Shown: piece after piece, positions 14,200 through 26,284 of the stretch
Numbering within the stretch: the first letter of the stretch is position 1
Layout of the letters: each line of letters opens with the position of its first letter
NCBI RefSeq assembly: GCF_009914755.1
Contig: NC_060925.1
Origin: the human T2T-CHM13v2.0 reference genome, Homo sapiens
Length of the DNA stretch: 64,000 nucleotides
Direction: 5' to 3' (one strand)
Notes under the pieces: model-generated
Seen by the model: the letters and a program-made list of their open reading frames with translations, nothing else
Databases searched by the model: none
Told to the model about the DNA's origin: nothing
Position numbers and translations under genes: made by a program

Positions 14200-14620
14200 G
14201 TTCAATGTCTTTTTCAACATTCTTGTTCAATATGCTTAATTTTCGAGTATCATTCTTCTTGATGAGAAAGATGGAGGTCAAACGGGAGTTGAATAACTTG
14301 GCTTTCTTGCTCTAACCTGTGTGCTAAATATTAACCCAAACCCCCAAATATGTACATACCTCTTTCATCTTTGGCCTCTGTCTCCAAATACAGTTATATT
14401 TTTCTTTTATGTTTTTTTCCAGTTTCATGAACTTTGCTCATCATTGGCTTCTCTAAGCCTAACTTTCTGCAGTCGCAGTTTTATATATGAGTTCTTATGT
14501 AGTCAGTTGCATTGGTTTCTGTAGATTAACTTACCAATACTTTTTTTCTGGTCATTGAGTGCTTGTGATTAATAAGCTAGAATTTTATTCCTTAGTGTTT
14601 TTCAGCTGTCTGGAGTATCT
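14200..14620 (-). mobile_element. L3/CR1 LINE ORF2 fossil
   Basis: Reverse strand reads ...KAKLFNSRLTSIF..., resembling the CR1 ORF2 motif KAELLNSYFASVF. Confidence 0.5.
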
Positions 14621-14759
14621 TTTAGGATTTCTTTTAAAGACTTTGTTTATAGGATTATTCAGTGCTTAACAACTTGGCTTACAGAGAATCCCTGTCTATG
14701 CTAGAAGTTCTCTTCTTTGATATTACAAAATTTTATGGTAGCACCTTGAATTTTCCCTA

Positions 14760-14937
14760 CCAGAATATTCTATTTTCACTACTTTTAAGCTTTCTATTCC
14801 CTCTGCCTGGAACATTATTTTATGTCTGTTCTTTACATGACAGGCTTCTTCTCATTTTTAGGTTTCAGTTTAATTTTCATCTCCTCAAAGAGGCCCTCCA
14901 TGATTATAATAAAGAAGCCCTTGGCATGTGCGTGCAT

Positions 14938-14982
<45 letters not shown>

Positions 14983-15190
14983 CTCTTCACTCTATTTATT
15001 GCTTTCATGGTATTTGACATGACTGGTGACTGTCATGTTGACTGATTTGCTTCCCTTGTATTATCACTCACCTGCCCCCAACCCACTCACCAGCTATGAC
15101 TTGGACCTTGTCCACCTTGGTCATTGATGTTTCCCAGTCCCTGGCACAGGGTCTGTTATGCTATACGTATATATTGGAGGAATAAATAGT
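14760..15190 (+). mobile_element. L2 3' fragment containing a (CA)n
   Basis: TTCCCTCTGCCTGGAAC...CCCAGTCCCTGGCACAGGGTCTG, typical L2 3' region. Confidence 0.65.
14939..14978. repeat. (CA)20 microsatellite
   Basis: Uninterrupted CA run. Confidence 0.98.
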
Positions 15191-15359
15191 CTATTTCTAC
15201 ATTATTTTGTAAGCAGGCAGGTTCTAAATTCTCTGAGTAAAAATGTATTTATTGTAAAACCAATTTTTGAGTTCAGATGGAATTAAGAGAGTATTTATTC
15301 TAGAATTTTCATTTTACGGGTTCAAGGAAGTGAAATCATTTGTACAAGATTTTATTTTT

Positions 15360-15660
15360 ATTTTTATTGTTGTAGAGACACAGTCTTGCTCTGTCACCTA
15401 GGCTGAAATGCAGTGGCACAGTCATAGCATACTGTAACTTCAACCTCCCAGGCTCAAGCAATCCTCCAGCCTCAGCCTCCTGAGGAGGGGACTACAGGTG
15501 CGTGCTACCATGCCCAGCTCATTTTTGAATTTTTATTTTTATAGAGATGAGGGTCTTGCTCTGTTACCCAAGCTAGTCTTGAACTCCTGGCCTCAAGTGA
15601 TCCTCCCACCTCAGCCCCCCAAGGCACTTGGATTACAGATATGAGCCACTCTTCCTGACT
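15360..15660 (-). mobile_element. AluJ, inserted into a MIR fragment
   Basis: AluJ features (GGCTCAAGCAATCCTCC, CTCCTGGCCTCAAGTGATCCTCC); TSD G(A/G)TTTTATTTTT at 15348-15359 and 15661-15672. Confidence 0.9.
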
Positions 15661-16074
15661 GGTTTTATTTTTCAGTGAGTTATAGAGCCTGGAGTAAAAT
15701 TTATGTATTTTGACTTCCAGAAAAATAAATATTAATTAAAGGGCCTTTTCCCACTGGCACCAGTCAACTTGACTGTTCAACTTCACCCTAACTGCCCAGC
15801 TTAAACTCTGTACTCCAGCCAACCAAACCAACAACACATAGTTTGTTTCTTAACAGCAGCAATTCTCTACTGCACTAAGCAGAAACTCTCCCTATCCAAC
15901 CCCACTCACAGCAGTCCTGCTCATATCTTATCTTTTTGAAGTTTTTCTTGAGTAATCTCAATCAACTCTAGTCTTATCAGATGCTCTGTAAATTGTTTAG
16001 TTCTTTTTATTCCCACCTTTCTGCCTAAATGACAGATCTGGGATTATGCTGTCATTCATATTGCCTCACTTTGG

Positions 16075-16750
16075 TATATTCAAAAAAATGGGGACAGTCT
16101 TTTGCAGCCCTTTCCATAAAAAGATGGAGTCTCCTTTTTGACCCTTTGAATTTGGGCTTAGCCGTGTGACTTGCTTTGGCCAATGGAATATTAACAAATA
16201 TGATTTGAACGCGGCTTTTGCTTATTGTATTGGGGTTTGCCCTCTCTTGCTGCAGTTGGAATCCTGCAGCCACCATAGAAAAAAATACAAGCTAGCCTTC
16301 TGGAGAAATCATATAAAGGAACACTTACAAAGGTAATCATGATCCTAGGCAGATCTTAGAAGAAAAAGAACAATGACCATTTCCTTCCTCTATTTTCATT
16401 TATCTTTACAGAGATAGGGTTTCTTTGCTTCATCAATTCTTTTCTCCCAAACCCCAAACTAAGTATTTAACCCTATTAGAATGAGCCAGTTTCTTTTCCT
16501 TGCAAAAGAAAAGATGCTTTCACTGATTGCCAGCCAACTGCTAGCAACTGTGTGAGTGGGTCCATTCTAGACCATCCAGCCTCAAACCTATCTGCCTTTT
16601 GCACTATATATAGACATATGAGTGAGCCTGAGAAAAAAACCATCAAAAGAATTTCCTTAACAAACCCAGTCTGAAATTGACAACAATGATTTGCGTTTTA
16701 AATCACTAAGCTTTGGGATAGTTTGTTACTCAGGAAAGACTACTGATACA
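16075..16750 (+). mobile_element. MLT1 (G/H-like) solo LTR, interrupted at ~16331-16502 by foreign sequence
   Basis: GTGACTTGCTTTGGCCAATGGAAT 5' block; 3' end TTTAAATCACTAAGCTTTGGGATAGTTTGTTACTCAG...ACTGATACA. Confidence 0.8.
16331..16502 (+). repeat. Copy A of a ~172-bp dispersed direct repeat
   Basis: Aligns by eye to 18392-18563 with about 22 differences (~87% identity). Confidence 0.95.
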
Positions 16751-17194
16751 CTCGCTGTGAGTCCTACATTGCTTTCCAGTCACCTTTATTTGCTGCAACT
16801 CAGGTGCACTTCCCTAGGAGATGATCCACTTATCCCCATTTCACAGAGAGGAAAAATCAATGTCAAGAGGCTTTTCTAGTATTGATGCTCTGACATGTTT
16901 AATTCTTCAGATCCCATGCATTACAGATAAGTCCTCCTTTGACACTTTTTAAGAGAGCAGCTATTAAAAATGTTTAGAAAGGCATTAGGAAGTTAAGGAC
17001 ACACAGACAGTTTCCAAAAGCTGGACTCAAAAACAATAAGCATGAGCTTAAGTAGGGTTTATACAATTAATAAAGCCAGAATATGATGTTGTTCATTTAC
17101 TTCTTGTTTTCTAACCAGCAGTGATCAATTGTGCACAAAATACCTAGGCTGTTCCAACACTGCAGTCACTACAACCCATATAAAAAATAATGAC

Positions 17195-17420
17195 AATAAT
17201 TATTGATAATACCTTAATCATCTTCTAAGTGTTAGGTACTTTTCACATGCATTTCTCTGATGCCACAATAACCACATTAGGAAGTACAATTTCCCTTTTA
17301 CAGAAGAGGAAACTAAGGCCTGTAAAAATTAAGAAAGTAGCCCCAAACCACCCAGCTAGTAAGGACAAGAGCTGAAATTGAAACCAAGGTTAGCCTGTGT
17401 AGTCTCTCCCTGTACCACCT
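17195..17420 (-). mobile_element. MIR SINE
   Basis: TTTTACAGAAGAGGAAACTAAGGC...CCCAAACCACCCAGCTAGTAAG. Confidence 0.8.
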
Positions 17421-18391
17421 GCCTCTTTGCATTGACTGCACTACAATTCCTGTTTCCTTTCATATATTAAGGATGCAGATCATGAGCCCCACATTCAAGG
17501 ATACCTGCAGGGACTACTCCTCAACAAGAAAGCAAAATCTCTCTCATGTATCAAACTGTAAGTGATTTCGCTTTCAAATAACTTAAGATTGTTATCCTTG
17601 GTAGACCCCTAGAAAAGCCTCCTATTTGTCCACAGCATTTACTTTTCAATCCAAGTTTTAAGGTGGCAAAGGGGAACTACACTATCTTATTAACTAGACG
17701 CTTTTTTTTTCCTAACTCAGAGTCAAATAGGCTACAATAGTACCTATCTTCCCAAACTTCTGAATTGAATTTCTAAAAACCCCACAAAGGAGACCTCAGA
17801 ATTTAAAAATTTAACAGAGGTCAGCCTTGAACAGCCTTTATAACTGTTTTTATGTTCCTAATAATAAAACAATGCATAGCACACCCATCCCCATGAATGA
17901 TATTCTGTACATCTTAAAGTACTAAATAGGGACACTGTGCTTTTCATTTAAGTGATCATCTCTTACCTGCTGGATACATTTTAGCATTTTCCTTCTCCTC
18001 AGTTACAGGCTTATAAAATCATTTCACTTTGTTGCATTTAATTTACAGGTATTTGTCTTCTGTCTGCTCCAGCACCAGATGCCCTTATAATTTTGTGACT
18101 TCAGAGTCTCACTTCCTGTACCTTGCCTCTCAGACCCTCAGTTGCACTGTATTTAGATGTGCTTGTGTCCCTTCCTTGACACCTGGCACCTGATCTTAGT
18201 CTTCATTATATCTCAATGTTTAGGACACTTCCTGACACATATTAGGACTTAATAAGTGTTTGTTACATTGAATTATACCTTTCTGTATCCTCACTCTACC
18301 CATTGCCCTACTCTGCACACAAAAGGAGTTCTCTAAATATTTGTGAACCATTAATTAATGGAAGAACAATTGGAATGACCAGACTATAGGG

Positions 18392-18563
18392 AGGTAATCA
18401 TGATCATAGGTAGATCTTAGAAGCAGAGAACAATGATCATTTCTTTCCTCTATTTTCATGTATCTTTAAAGAGACAGGGTTTCTTCGCTTCATCAATTCC
18501 TTTTCTCCCGGACCCCAAACTAAGTATCTAACCCTGCTAAAGTGATCCAGTTCCTTTTCCCTG
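18392..18563 (+). repeat. Copy B of the ~172-bp dispersed direct repeat
   Basis: AGGTAATCATGATC...CCAGTTCCTTTTCCCTG, homologous to 16331-16502. Confidence 0.95.
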
Positions 18564-19949
18564 GAAGGCCCATTTCATAAGTCTAATTCTGCCAACTTTC
18601 ATACTAGACATTTAAAAAATCACAACAACTTAAACTATCTCAACTTTGTGAGAATTAAGTGACCAAAGACACTCAGAAAGCACAGCTTAGCATTCTTTCA
18701 GTTCCCTTGAAAACAGCAGAGTTCTAAAGAACCAAATTACAGAATCCAATTCAGGATGTAAATTACCACAAAGAAAAGGAAATAGCGGCAGGAATCCTCC
18801 CATGGCAGGTTCTATCTACTAAGCTAAAATTCAGGCATCTGGAAAAAAAAATGCGTCTAAAAAACCCTAATTTTCCCTGAATTAGGACCACTTCTGATTT
18901 TGTTCCTCTTGCATCTGCTTCAACCAAACTCTCATCGAAATAAAGTCTCTAAATGTCTTTGCTGGGTGATCAGGCAGCACCAGGACAGCACAAAGGAGAT
19001 GAGAAAAGAGCAAGGGAAAGGGAATATGTCACATCCTGACTACAGGGAAACAGTGCAAAACATCTAATCACAGCAGTGCCAGGGAACTTGAACCTGTCCA
19101 AAAAGATCCCGAGCTCTCCATGTTTAATTGCCGTTGATGGCTGCTGGTCAGTCATGCATGACAATGCCCGCGTGTCTCGCTGCTCCCTGCCTGTGCTCAT
19201 TCCTGTCAGCTTTCACTCCAGGTGATGAACACGGGCCTCAGGACCATGCGAAGGGGTCTGGGCCAGAGATGGGGGTGGGGTGGGCTGGAGAAACCACTCA
19301 TGGATGCAAAGCAGCTTGCACTCAAATAACCCGTGGTGTAAAAGAGAAAGAGGTCTTATGACAGAAATGTTATAACCCCCTCCAATCCTTTACTCCCTTT
19401 CCCCACGTCTGCAGCATATTTATTTATCTTGAGAGGAGAACAAAACTAGGCCACACCATGCAAATGGGTAGGACATCTGTGACCTGAGGTATGTCAATGG
19501 GCAGCATGCGAGTCTCCTGTATAGTCAATTACATTTGAGCACATGCTTGAGGCTGAATAGAGAAATGTAAATTACACTTGAATATCAAAGAACATTATCT
19601 TTTTTGGTGATTCCAGTGCTTTTAAACCTCTTCTGCACAAGAGGGAAAATCCTGCTTCTGTTGGTTCCCATGGAAAGAAAAACTCCAAGCCTTGCGGGAA
19701 AGATGGCTTATTAAGTCTAGTGTGGCATTGATAACTTGGAAGGAACTCATCAATCCTCTCACAGCCTTAATTATTCAGTTTTAGTGTGAGATGAGTCTAC
19801 AGTTTCTCTGGAGTTGCAGACCTCCACATAGGCTGCTTCAAGGCAGGAGTCAGGGAGAAATCTTAAAGCACAAAAGTTCCAGCCAGAATAAAATGGTGCA
19901 GTTGAGGTGAGCTTAGGAACTACTCTCTGCAGAAGGCTTGCTTGTTTAT

Positions 19950-20090
19950 ACCCTGTGAAGTCCTGGGAAGAACTTAACTTCTCTCTAGGCTTTAATTGCC
20001 TCATCTCTAAAAATAGATATTTCTACCTCATGGAGCTGTTATGAGAATTAAATGAGCTGCTTCCTTTGCGATACATAGACAAACTTAAGG
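19950..20090 (+). mobile_element. MIR fragment
   Basis: ACTTAACTTCTCTCTAGGCTT..CCTCATCTCTAAAA...GTTATGAGAATTAAATGAG. Confidence 0.7.
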
Positions 20091-20134
20091 CACATAACAT
20101 GAGGATATATGACATATTTATTTTTGAAAACTTA

Positions 20135-20495
20135 CATAGAGCATAATGGTAAATTGTACAACCTCTAAAATTAGTCCTGGATTTGAATACTGACTCTTTT
20201 ACCCTGTTTAGTCTTGTGTTAATTTTCTTATCTTAAAATTGAAGATAATTACTTTTACCTGATAGGGTTATCTGAGAAAAAAATTGAGATAATGGTAAAT
20301 TATACAAGCTCTAAAACTAGTCCTGGATTTGAATACTGACTCTTTTGCTAATTAGCTGTTTAGTCTTTTGTTAATTTTCTCATCTTAAAAATGAAAATAA
20401 TTATTTTTGCCTGATAGCATTATTTGAGGAAAAAATTGAGATACATACATAAGAGATCTGATGTATATTAAATGTTCAGTAAATGGTAGGTACTT
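20135..20495 (+). mobile_element. MIR with internal ~146-bp tandem duplication (20143-20288 / 20289-20440)
   Basis: Both units begin ATAATGGTAAATT and end AAAAAATTGAG; MIR-like CCTGGATTTGAAT and 3' TCAGTAAATGGTAG. Confidence 0.85.
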
Positions 20496-20793
20496 CTTAC
20501 CTCCCAGCTCCTAAAATATATGCAGAATAAAAATTTAGAAATAAGATTATGATATTGAAAATTAAATCATCCATGGTGTGAATGTAGTTGTTGTTAATTG
20601 GCAATTTGACATGAACTGTGTTGTCAGTATCTTACATTTTTCTTAGCAAGAACCAAAAACCAAAGATGGGAGCAAGTAAACTTCATTTCATTATCATAAA
20701 GACTCTTTTCCCCACAATAAAATTAGTTTCATTTTTTTCTGGTTATATAAACAACATCTGCTCATTGTAAAAAAAAAAAAATTAAGTCAACCA

Positions 20794-21226
20794 CTGGAAT
20801 CATTATGTTAAGTTAAGGAAGACATTATGTTAAGGAAGACAAATACCGCATGTTCTCAGTCATGTGTGGGAGCTAAAAAGAAAAGTTGACTCATGGAGGT
20901 AGAGAGTACAAGGATAGATGCTAGAGGACAGGAAGGGTGTGTGGGTGGGATGGAAAGAGTTTGGCTAATGGGTACAAACATACAGTTAGATAGAAGAAAT
21001 AAGTTACAATGTTCCATAGCAGAGTAAGGTTAGCAACAATGTGTTACATTATTGGAAAGAATCTAGAAGGAAGAACTCCAAATGTTCCCAACACATAGAA
21101 CTGATAAATATTCAAGATGATGGATACACCAAGTGCCCTGACTTGCTCATTACACAGTCTATGGATGTAACAAATACTCACATGTGCCACCATAAACATG
21201 TAAAAAATTATGCATCAATTTTTTAA
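20794..21226 (+). mobile_element. L1MA-type 3' end, 5'-truncated, inserted into an older antisense L1M
   Basis: ACAAATACCGCATGTTCTCA...AATGGGTACAAACATACAGTTAGATAGAAG...CCTGACTTGCTCATTACACA; TSD AAGTCAACCA at 20784-20793 and 21227-21236. Confidence 0.88.
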
Positions 21227-21300
21227 AAGTCAACCAATCAATAAAGGTAAAGAGAAGAGAGTAAAAAATCACCTGAAATTTCACCATCTAGTGATAACCA

Positions 21301-21544
21301 TTTTTTTTTTTTTTTTGTGGGGGCTCAGTCTGGTTCTGTCGCCCAGGCTGTAGTGCAGTGGCACGATCTCGGCTCACTGCAAGCTCCGCCTCCTGGGTTC
21401 ACGCCATTCTCCTGCCTCAGCCTCCCAAGTAGCTGGGACTACAGGTGCCCGCCACCACGCCCAGCAAATTTTTTGTATTTTTAGTAGAGACGGGGATTCA
21501 CTGTGTTAGCCAGGATGGTCTCGATCTCCTGACCTCGTGATCCA
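21301..21544 (-). mobile_element. AluY, 5'-truncated
   Basis: AluY diagnostics GCAAGCTCCGCC, TTCACGCCATTCTCC, TTAGCCAGGATGGTCTCGATCTCCTGACCTCGTGATCC; TSD ATAACC(A/G)TT on both sides. Confidence 0.93.
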
Positions 21545-21729
21545 ATAACCGTTATTAATATTTAGTAATCATCCTTTCATGTATATGATTTTGCATATAT
21601 ATATTTGTGTATATATAAATCACAAATAAGATTATTTATTATTATAAATGGTATGTTTATCTGTGAAACTTTTAAAATTCTTTCTCTCTTTTGATTTTAA
21701 TTTCCTAAAACGCATAACTGGTAATATAG

Positions 21730-22156
21730 AAGTGGCAGAAATTGACTTGCTACTCATCAAATCCTTTTCCTTTTCTTCTTGGGCACCCAGCTAGACTGTA
21801 TTGGCCAGCGGCTCAGGCACGTGTGGTCATGTGACAGCTTCCAGCCAATGAAATGTGAGAAGTGGCCTGTACTATTTCTGGGTCTAGCCCATAAAAACTT
21901 GTATTTGATCTCCTCACCCTTTTTTTCCCCTTTGGGTTTTATGCAGATTAGTACAGTAGCTTAGAACTCTTGTGTTGAAGATAATAGAATAAAATGGTGA
22001 AAGGAAAAGGATTTCCTGAATCACTGCCTAAAAGAGATCCACAAGGAATCCCCCGTTTTGGACTTTACTTGAGTGATGATTCAATCTCTATCGTATTAAG
22101 CCCCTGAAATCTCAGGTTTTATCACTACAGCAGCTGTGTTGCCTTAACTAATATTC
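21730..22156 (+). mobile_element. MLT1 (J-like) solo LTR
   Basis: TTCTTGGGCACCCAGCTAGACT...GGTCATGTGAC..CCAGCCAATGAAATGTGAG...CTTAACTAATA. Confidence 0.75.
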
Positions 22157-22164
22157 ATATCACT

Positions 22165-22262
22165 TCTGCTTTCCTCTTCTTCCACTCCTTCTCCCCCTCC
22201 TTTTCCCTCCTCCTATTTTTCTTCTCCCTTTCTTCCTCCTCCACCTCTTTTTCCACCCTCTT
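22165..22262. repeat. Pyrimidine-rich low-complexity tract
   Basis: Almost exclusively C/T over ~100 bp. Confidence 0.85.
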
Positions 22263-22279
22263 TTGCATGTGCCAGGCAT

Positions 22280-23460
22280 TTAATTGACTGTCCCATTATT
22301 TTCAATATTTTAAAATCACTTTTTATAAATATGTTCCTTGTAAATAGCATAATTGAGTTTGGCTTTTTAACTCAATATGCCATTGTCTTTCATTAGAAGA
22401 ATTCAACCCGGTCATCTTTAGCATAACAACTTATTTTTATTTTTTATAATTCCACTAGTGTTTACTTTTCTATTAACAACCATAATTAATCACATATTTA
22501 TATACTATTTTATGAAAACTACATACCTATTGTTGTTCCCTCTATTTTCTTTCTTCCACTGCTCCTGCCCATCTCAATGAGACTTTCGGAAAATTTTTGC
22601 TGATCCAGTCCACAGCATCCACACCGTCCCCCATGAATACAATGTTTGAGATGTTTTTATTCCCCACTCTTCCTGCCCCACAAACTCCTATTTTGCTTAG
22701 ATCGTTTAGTTATTTTTCTTTTAGATCATCATTGGGCTTTTCCTTATAGAATGCCATTTCTATATTAAGGATCTTTATGTAGCATTTATATCACACATTG
22801 CTGGTTACACTATCGTTATTCACTTAAACGTCTGTCATGGTGTGTTTATTGTTCATTCCTTGCTTCCCCTTTTCTTCGTCTCCTACCTTCAAATCTCTGC
22901 CCTGATTCATTTGCTGTTTGACTAAAGCCTGTTCGTGAGGGCTGTCTTCTGATAAAGTACCTGGAGAAAAATTATCTGAGCTCTTGCCCATCTAGCAATT
23001 TCTCTTTTTAAAAATTATTTTAGGTAATTATTATCTCAGCTGGGAATAACTCTTGGGCCAGAGTCTTTACACCCAGTTATCCTCAGCTGCTGTTTCAAAA
23101 TCTTCTTGCTTTCAGTGTCGCACCTGAGAAGTCTGATGCTCATTTGATTATTCTTCTTTATCCTTTTTTAAGTAACTTGTTTGATTTAGAATATTTAAAA
23201 TTTTCTCTTGGAGTCCAGGAACTTTACCACACATTAAACTTGTGCTTTATTATCAGTCTGCCTAGAATTTTATGAAAACTTTTAATATGCTGACCAAAGT
23301 ATTTAATTCTTCTATTACATGCTTACATTTTCCCTCTTTTCATTTATTTGTTATTCCCTTTTCTGGAACACTTCTTATTTGTGCATTAGGGATCCTGGAA
23401 CTACTCAATTTTAAACATTTAATTAGTATTTTTTTGAGGAAGCATTTTAATACTGTGACT
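22280..23460 (-). mobile_element. Old L1M fragments (antisense)
   Basis: CTTGTAAATAGCAT..GTTTGG..TTTT..CAAT and TGAGAAGTCTGATGCTCATTTGATT motifs; T-rich; heavily diverged. Confidence 0.55.
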
Positions 23461-23494
23461 AAGTCTTTTTTATATGTTTTTTGTTTATTTGGTT

Positions 23495-23532
23495 TTTGGT
23501 TTTGGTTTTTTTTTTTTTTTTTTTTTTTTTTT
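23495..23532. repeat. T-rich / poly(T) tract
   Basis: TTTTTGG units followed by a long pure T run. Confidence 0.9.
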
Positions 23533-26284
23533 GTAGCCATTTAAGCTTCCGCCTGTCTCCTCTAAAGACTCTAGTTTATTTTCTGGGTGTTCTGCTTGTT
23601 TTCCCTTTTTCTTGCTACTGATCCTCTTAAATGAATTATATTTCCCTTTTCTTTTTCATGGTTCAATTCATCCTTGAGGGTCAGCTCTTGCTGCTGAGGT
23701 AGCTTAAGCATTTGCAAATCCATACAGGTTGGAGAAGCAGAAACCACTGCCCTGTGAGTTGGTGATATAACAGCCAGCAAGTAGCCAATTCCTTGTTGAT
23801 AAATGGTTCCCCATTTCTCCAACTGCAGAAGTTCATGCTCTCCTAAGGTTTGGGGGTTGGGAGCACTAGCTAAATCTTTTAGCAATCCCTCAGTCCCTCT
23901 TACAGGAACACTCACGCAGCTCAGCACTGCCTCCCTTCTCTGGTCCAAGGATTTCTACAGGCCAAGTATTCCCCAGGGGTAAAGAAATCTTGCCTCAGCT
24001 TTCACTACTGTCCAAGACCTGCCAGTTTGTGAACACCATGGGCTATTGATGATGTCTAGATTGGCATTGACCAGGGAAGGTAGACATATTGAGGATACTG
24101 TCTTCCCAGAATCACTCACATAAAATCCTTCTTAAATCAAACGAGGTTTTGCTACTATTGTTTACCCTGTAGCTATTAGTCATAAAAATCATTACAAGTG
24201 ATGTTTCAGATGGCATTTAAAATGTCAGAAGCCCAGATCTGGGCCTGTATGTGCTAGGAATCCACTTCCCTCTCTATCTCTTTTCCACTTAACTTTGTGT
24301 ATCTTTGACTATCTATCATCTTCAACTCATATTGTTTCATTTAAAGTATATACTACCTTTATAAATTATTAACTAATGCTAATATTTTCTTATTTGTTTT
24401 TTCACTAGGTTGGTCTCTGTAAGTCTCTGGGGATAACTCTTTAGAATATTTACTAATCTAGCTTCCTCATTCATTGTGAAAATCCAAACTTGGTGATTGC
24501 GTGCTATTTACGAAGGCATTAAGCATTCACACGGTCTGACCCCTAGCGTCCCTTTACTGCTTTCCATTGCCCCCGACCCAGGGAAGGATGGTTAATTTTT
24601 TTTTTAATGTGAAAGCACCTTTCTTAGGAGCCTCATGAACTATGGATGAAGAGCTACTCTCCCTTGGCTTTTTGCTGGTATAGAGCCACTGACTTGAACT
24701 ATTTCTGAGAGTTGATTTAAAGCGTTGCCCTCCAGTCTAGTGGGAGGAAAATTCAGTTTGTGTCCTCATTTGGTTTGGGGACAAAAATCTGACAGCTCCG
24801 TCAAAGGTGTGAATATTTTGCTAGCAAGTAGCCACCTCTGACAAGTTGGACTTCATCATCCTCTGCAGCCTTGAGTGAGAGTGAGGCCTGTGGTGAGAAT
24901 GGAGATGAGGTAGAATTGGAGATGGAGCTTTCTGGCAGGCAGGGAGTTTGGGCATAGCCACAGCACATAAGTAAGTACACACACAAAGAGCTTCTGAGGC
25001 TGTGTATCATTCCAGAATTTGGATTTGGAATCTTTTCTTGTAGATTTATCAAAGAAATTCCAGTGTCAGATGCTTTTTCAACATAACCAGATTGACGCAC
25101 TTAGTTTTACATGAAATCAATAGGCATACATTTTCCGAGGAAATATGCTGTGTACAGTCCAGATCAAATCACTGGAAAATACCAAGAAATACGTTGTATC
25201 CTCTTCACTCACAGGATCACACTGCCGAACAACATTTCAAGACAGGAGTTGGTCAAGGCACCAAGGAGTTGGTGAGAGGCGAATATGAATATTTTAGGAA
25301 TTCAGAGACAGGAGAGATTAGCAAATTCTGGAGTAATTGAGAAAAAAACTATGAGGAAAATGTAGCTTGAGTTGAATCTTAAAATATGGATACATTTGGG
25401 TTCATGGAAAGGAAACATAATATTTATATAATAAAATCACAGAAGTGAAAATAAACATGGTGTGTATCATGCACAGTAAGGACATCCTTCTAATGCTGAG
25501 CTGACAGAAAAATGCACTAAAGAGTATTGTAATTTCCTCCTGTCAGAGTTAAAGAATCTTGAGATTAAAAAATTCCAAAGTACTACATGATATTTTGAAG
25601 AGCACAGATCCTCGGTATTCTGGTGACTCAAAAGAGTAGGCAAATGGGGAAACTCATGCTGGGGTTTGGCTTGGTTGAGATGCTCGGGAGGTGAACTGTG
25701 AGGATGGGTATGAGGTCTGGAGTCCAAGGATGTGGTAGTCATTGGCATTGCTACAAAACAGCCCCAATTGTCTATGTTTATTTGTGCTTTATTTCCTCTC
25801 TTGGAAAGACACTTTTATGTGTTACCCTTTATATTATGTTTTAGCTGAATTTGACATTCTGTGACATTGGCTCTGTATGTTGGAACTTTCCATTGCACCA
25901 GTGTGAAGGGTAAGGGAGAAATATGCTGCAGAAAGGGAGCGAAGTTTGAGTGTGAGACAGCACAGGTTTAGAAATTAGTCTCAGAAATCAGATGCCAGCC
26001 TCTGTGTCCCTATTACCTGCTGGATAAAGGGTCCTTGGCATTCATTCATTTAATAGCAGATATTTTAGCACCTGCAATATCCTGGGCCCAGGGAAAAAGG
26101 CAACCAGATCCCATTTCTGCCCTCAGAGAACTTACAGGTCTTTAAAGTACCTAGTAGTCTCTGGAGTCACCAAATACAATTTGCCTTACAAAGATAAATC
26201 CTCCTTTCAGCATGTAGTCACTGTGTGGACATTTCCAGCTCTAAAGGTCTTATTTTCCTACAGGACAGGCTAATTTTTATATCA

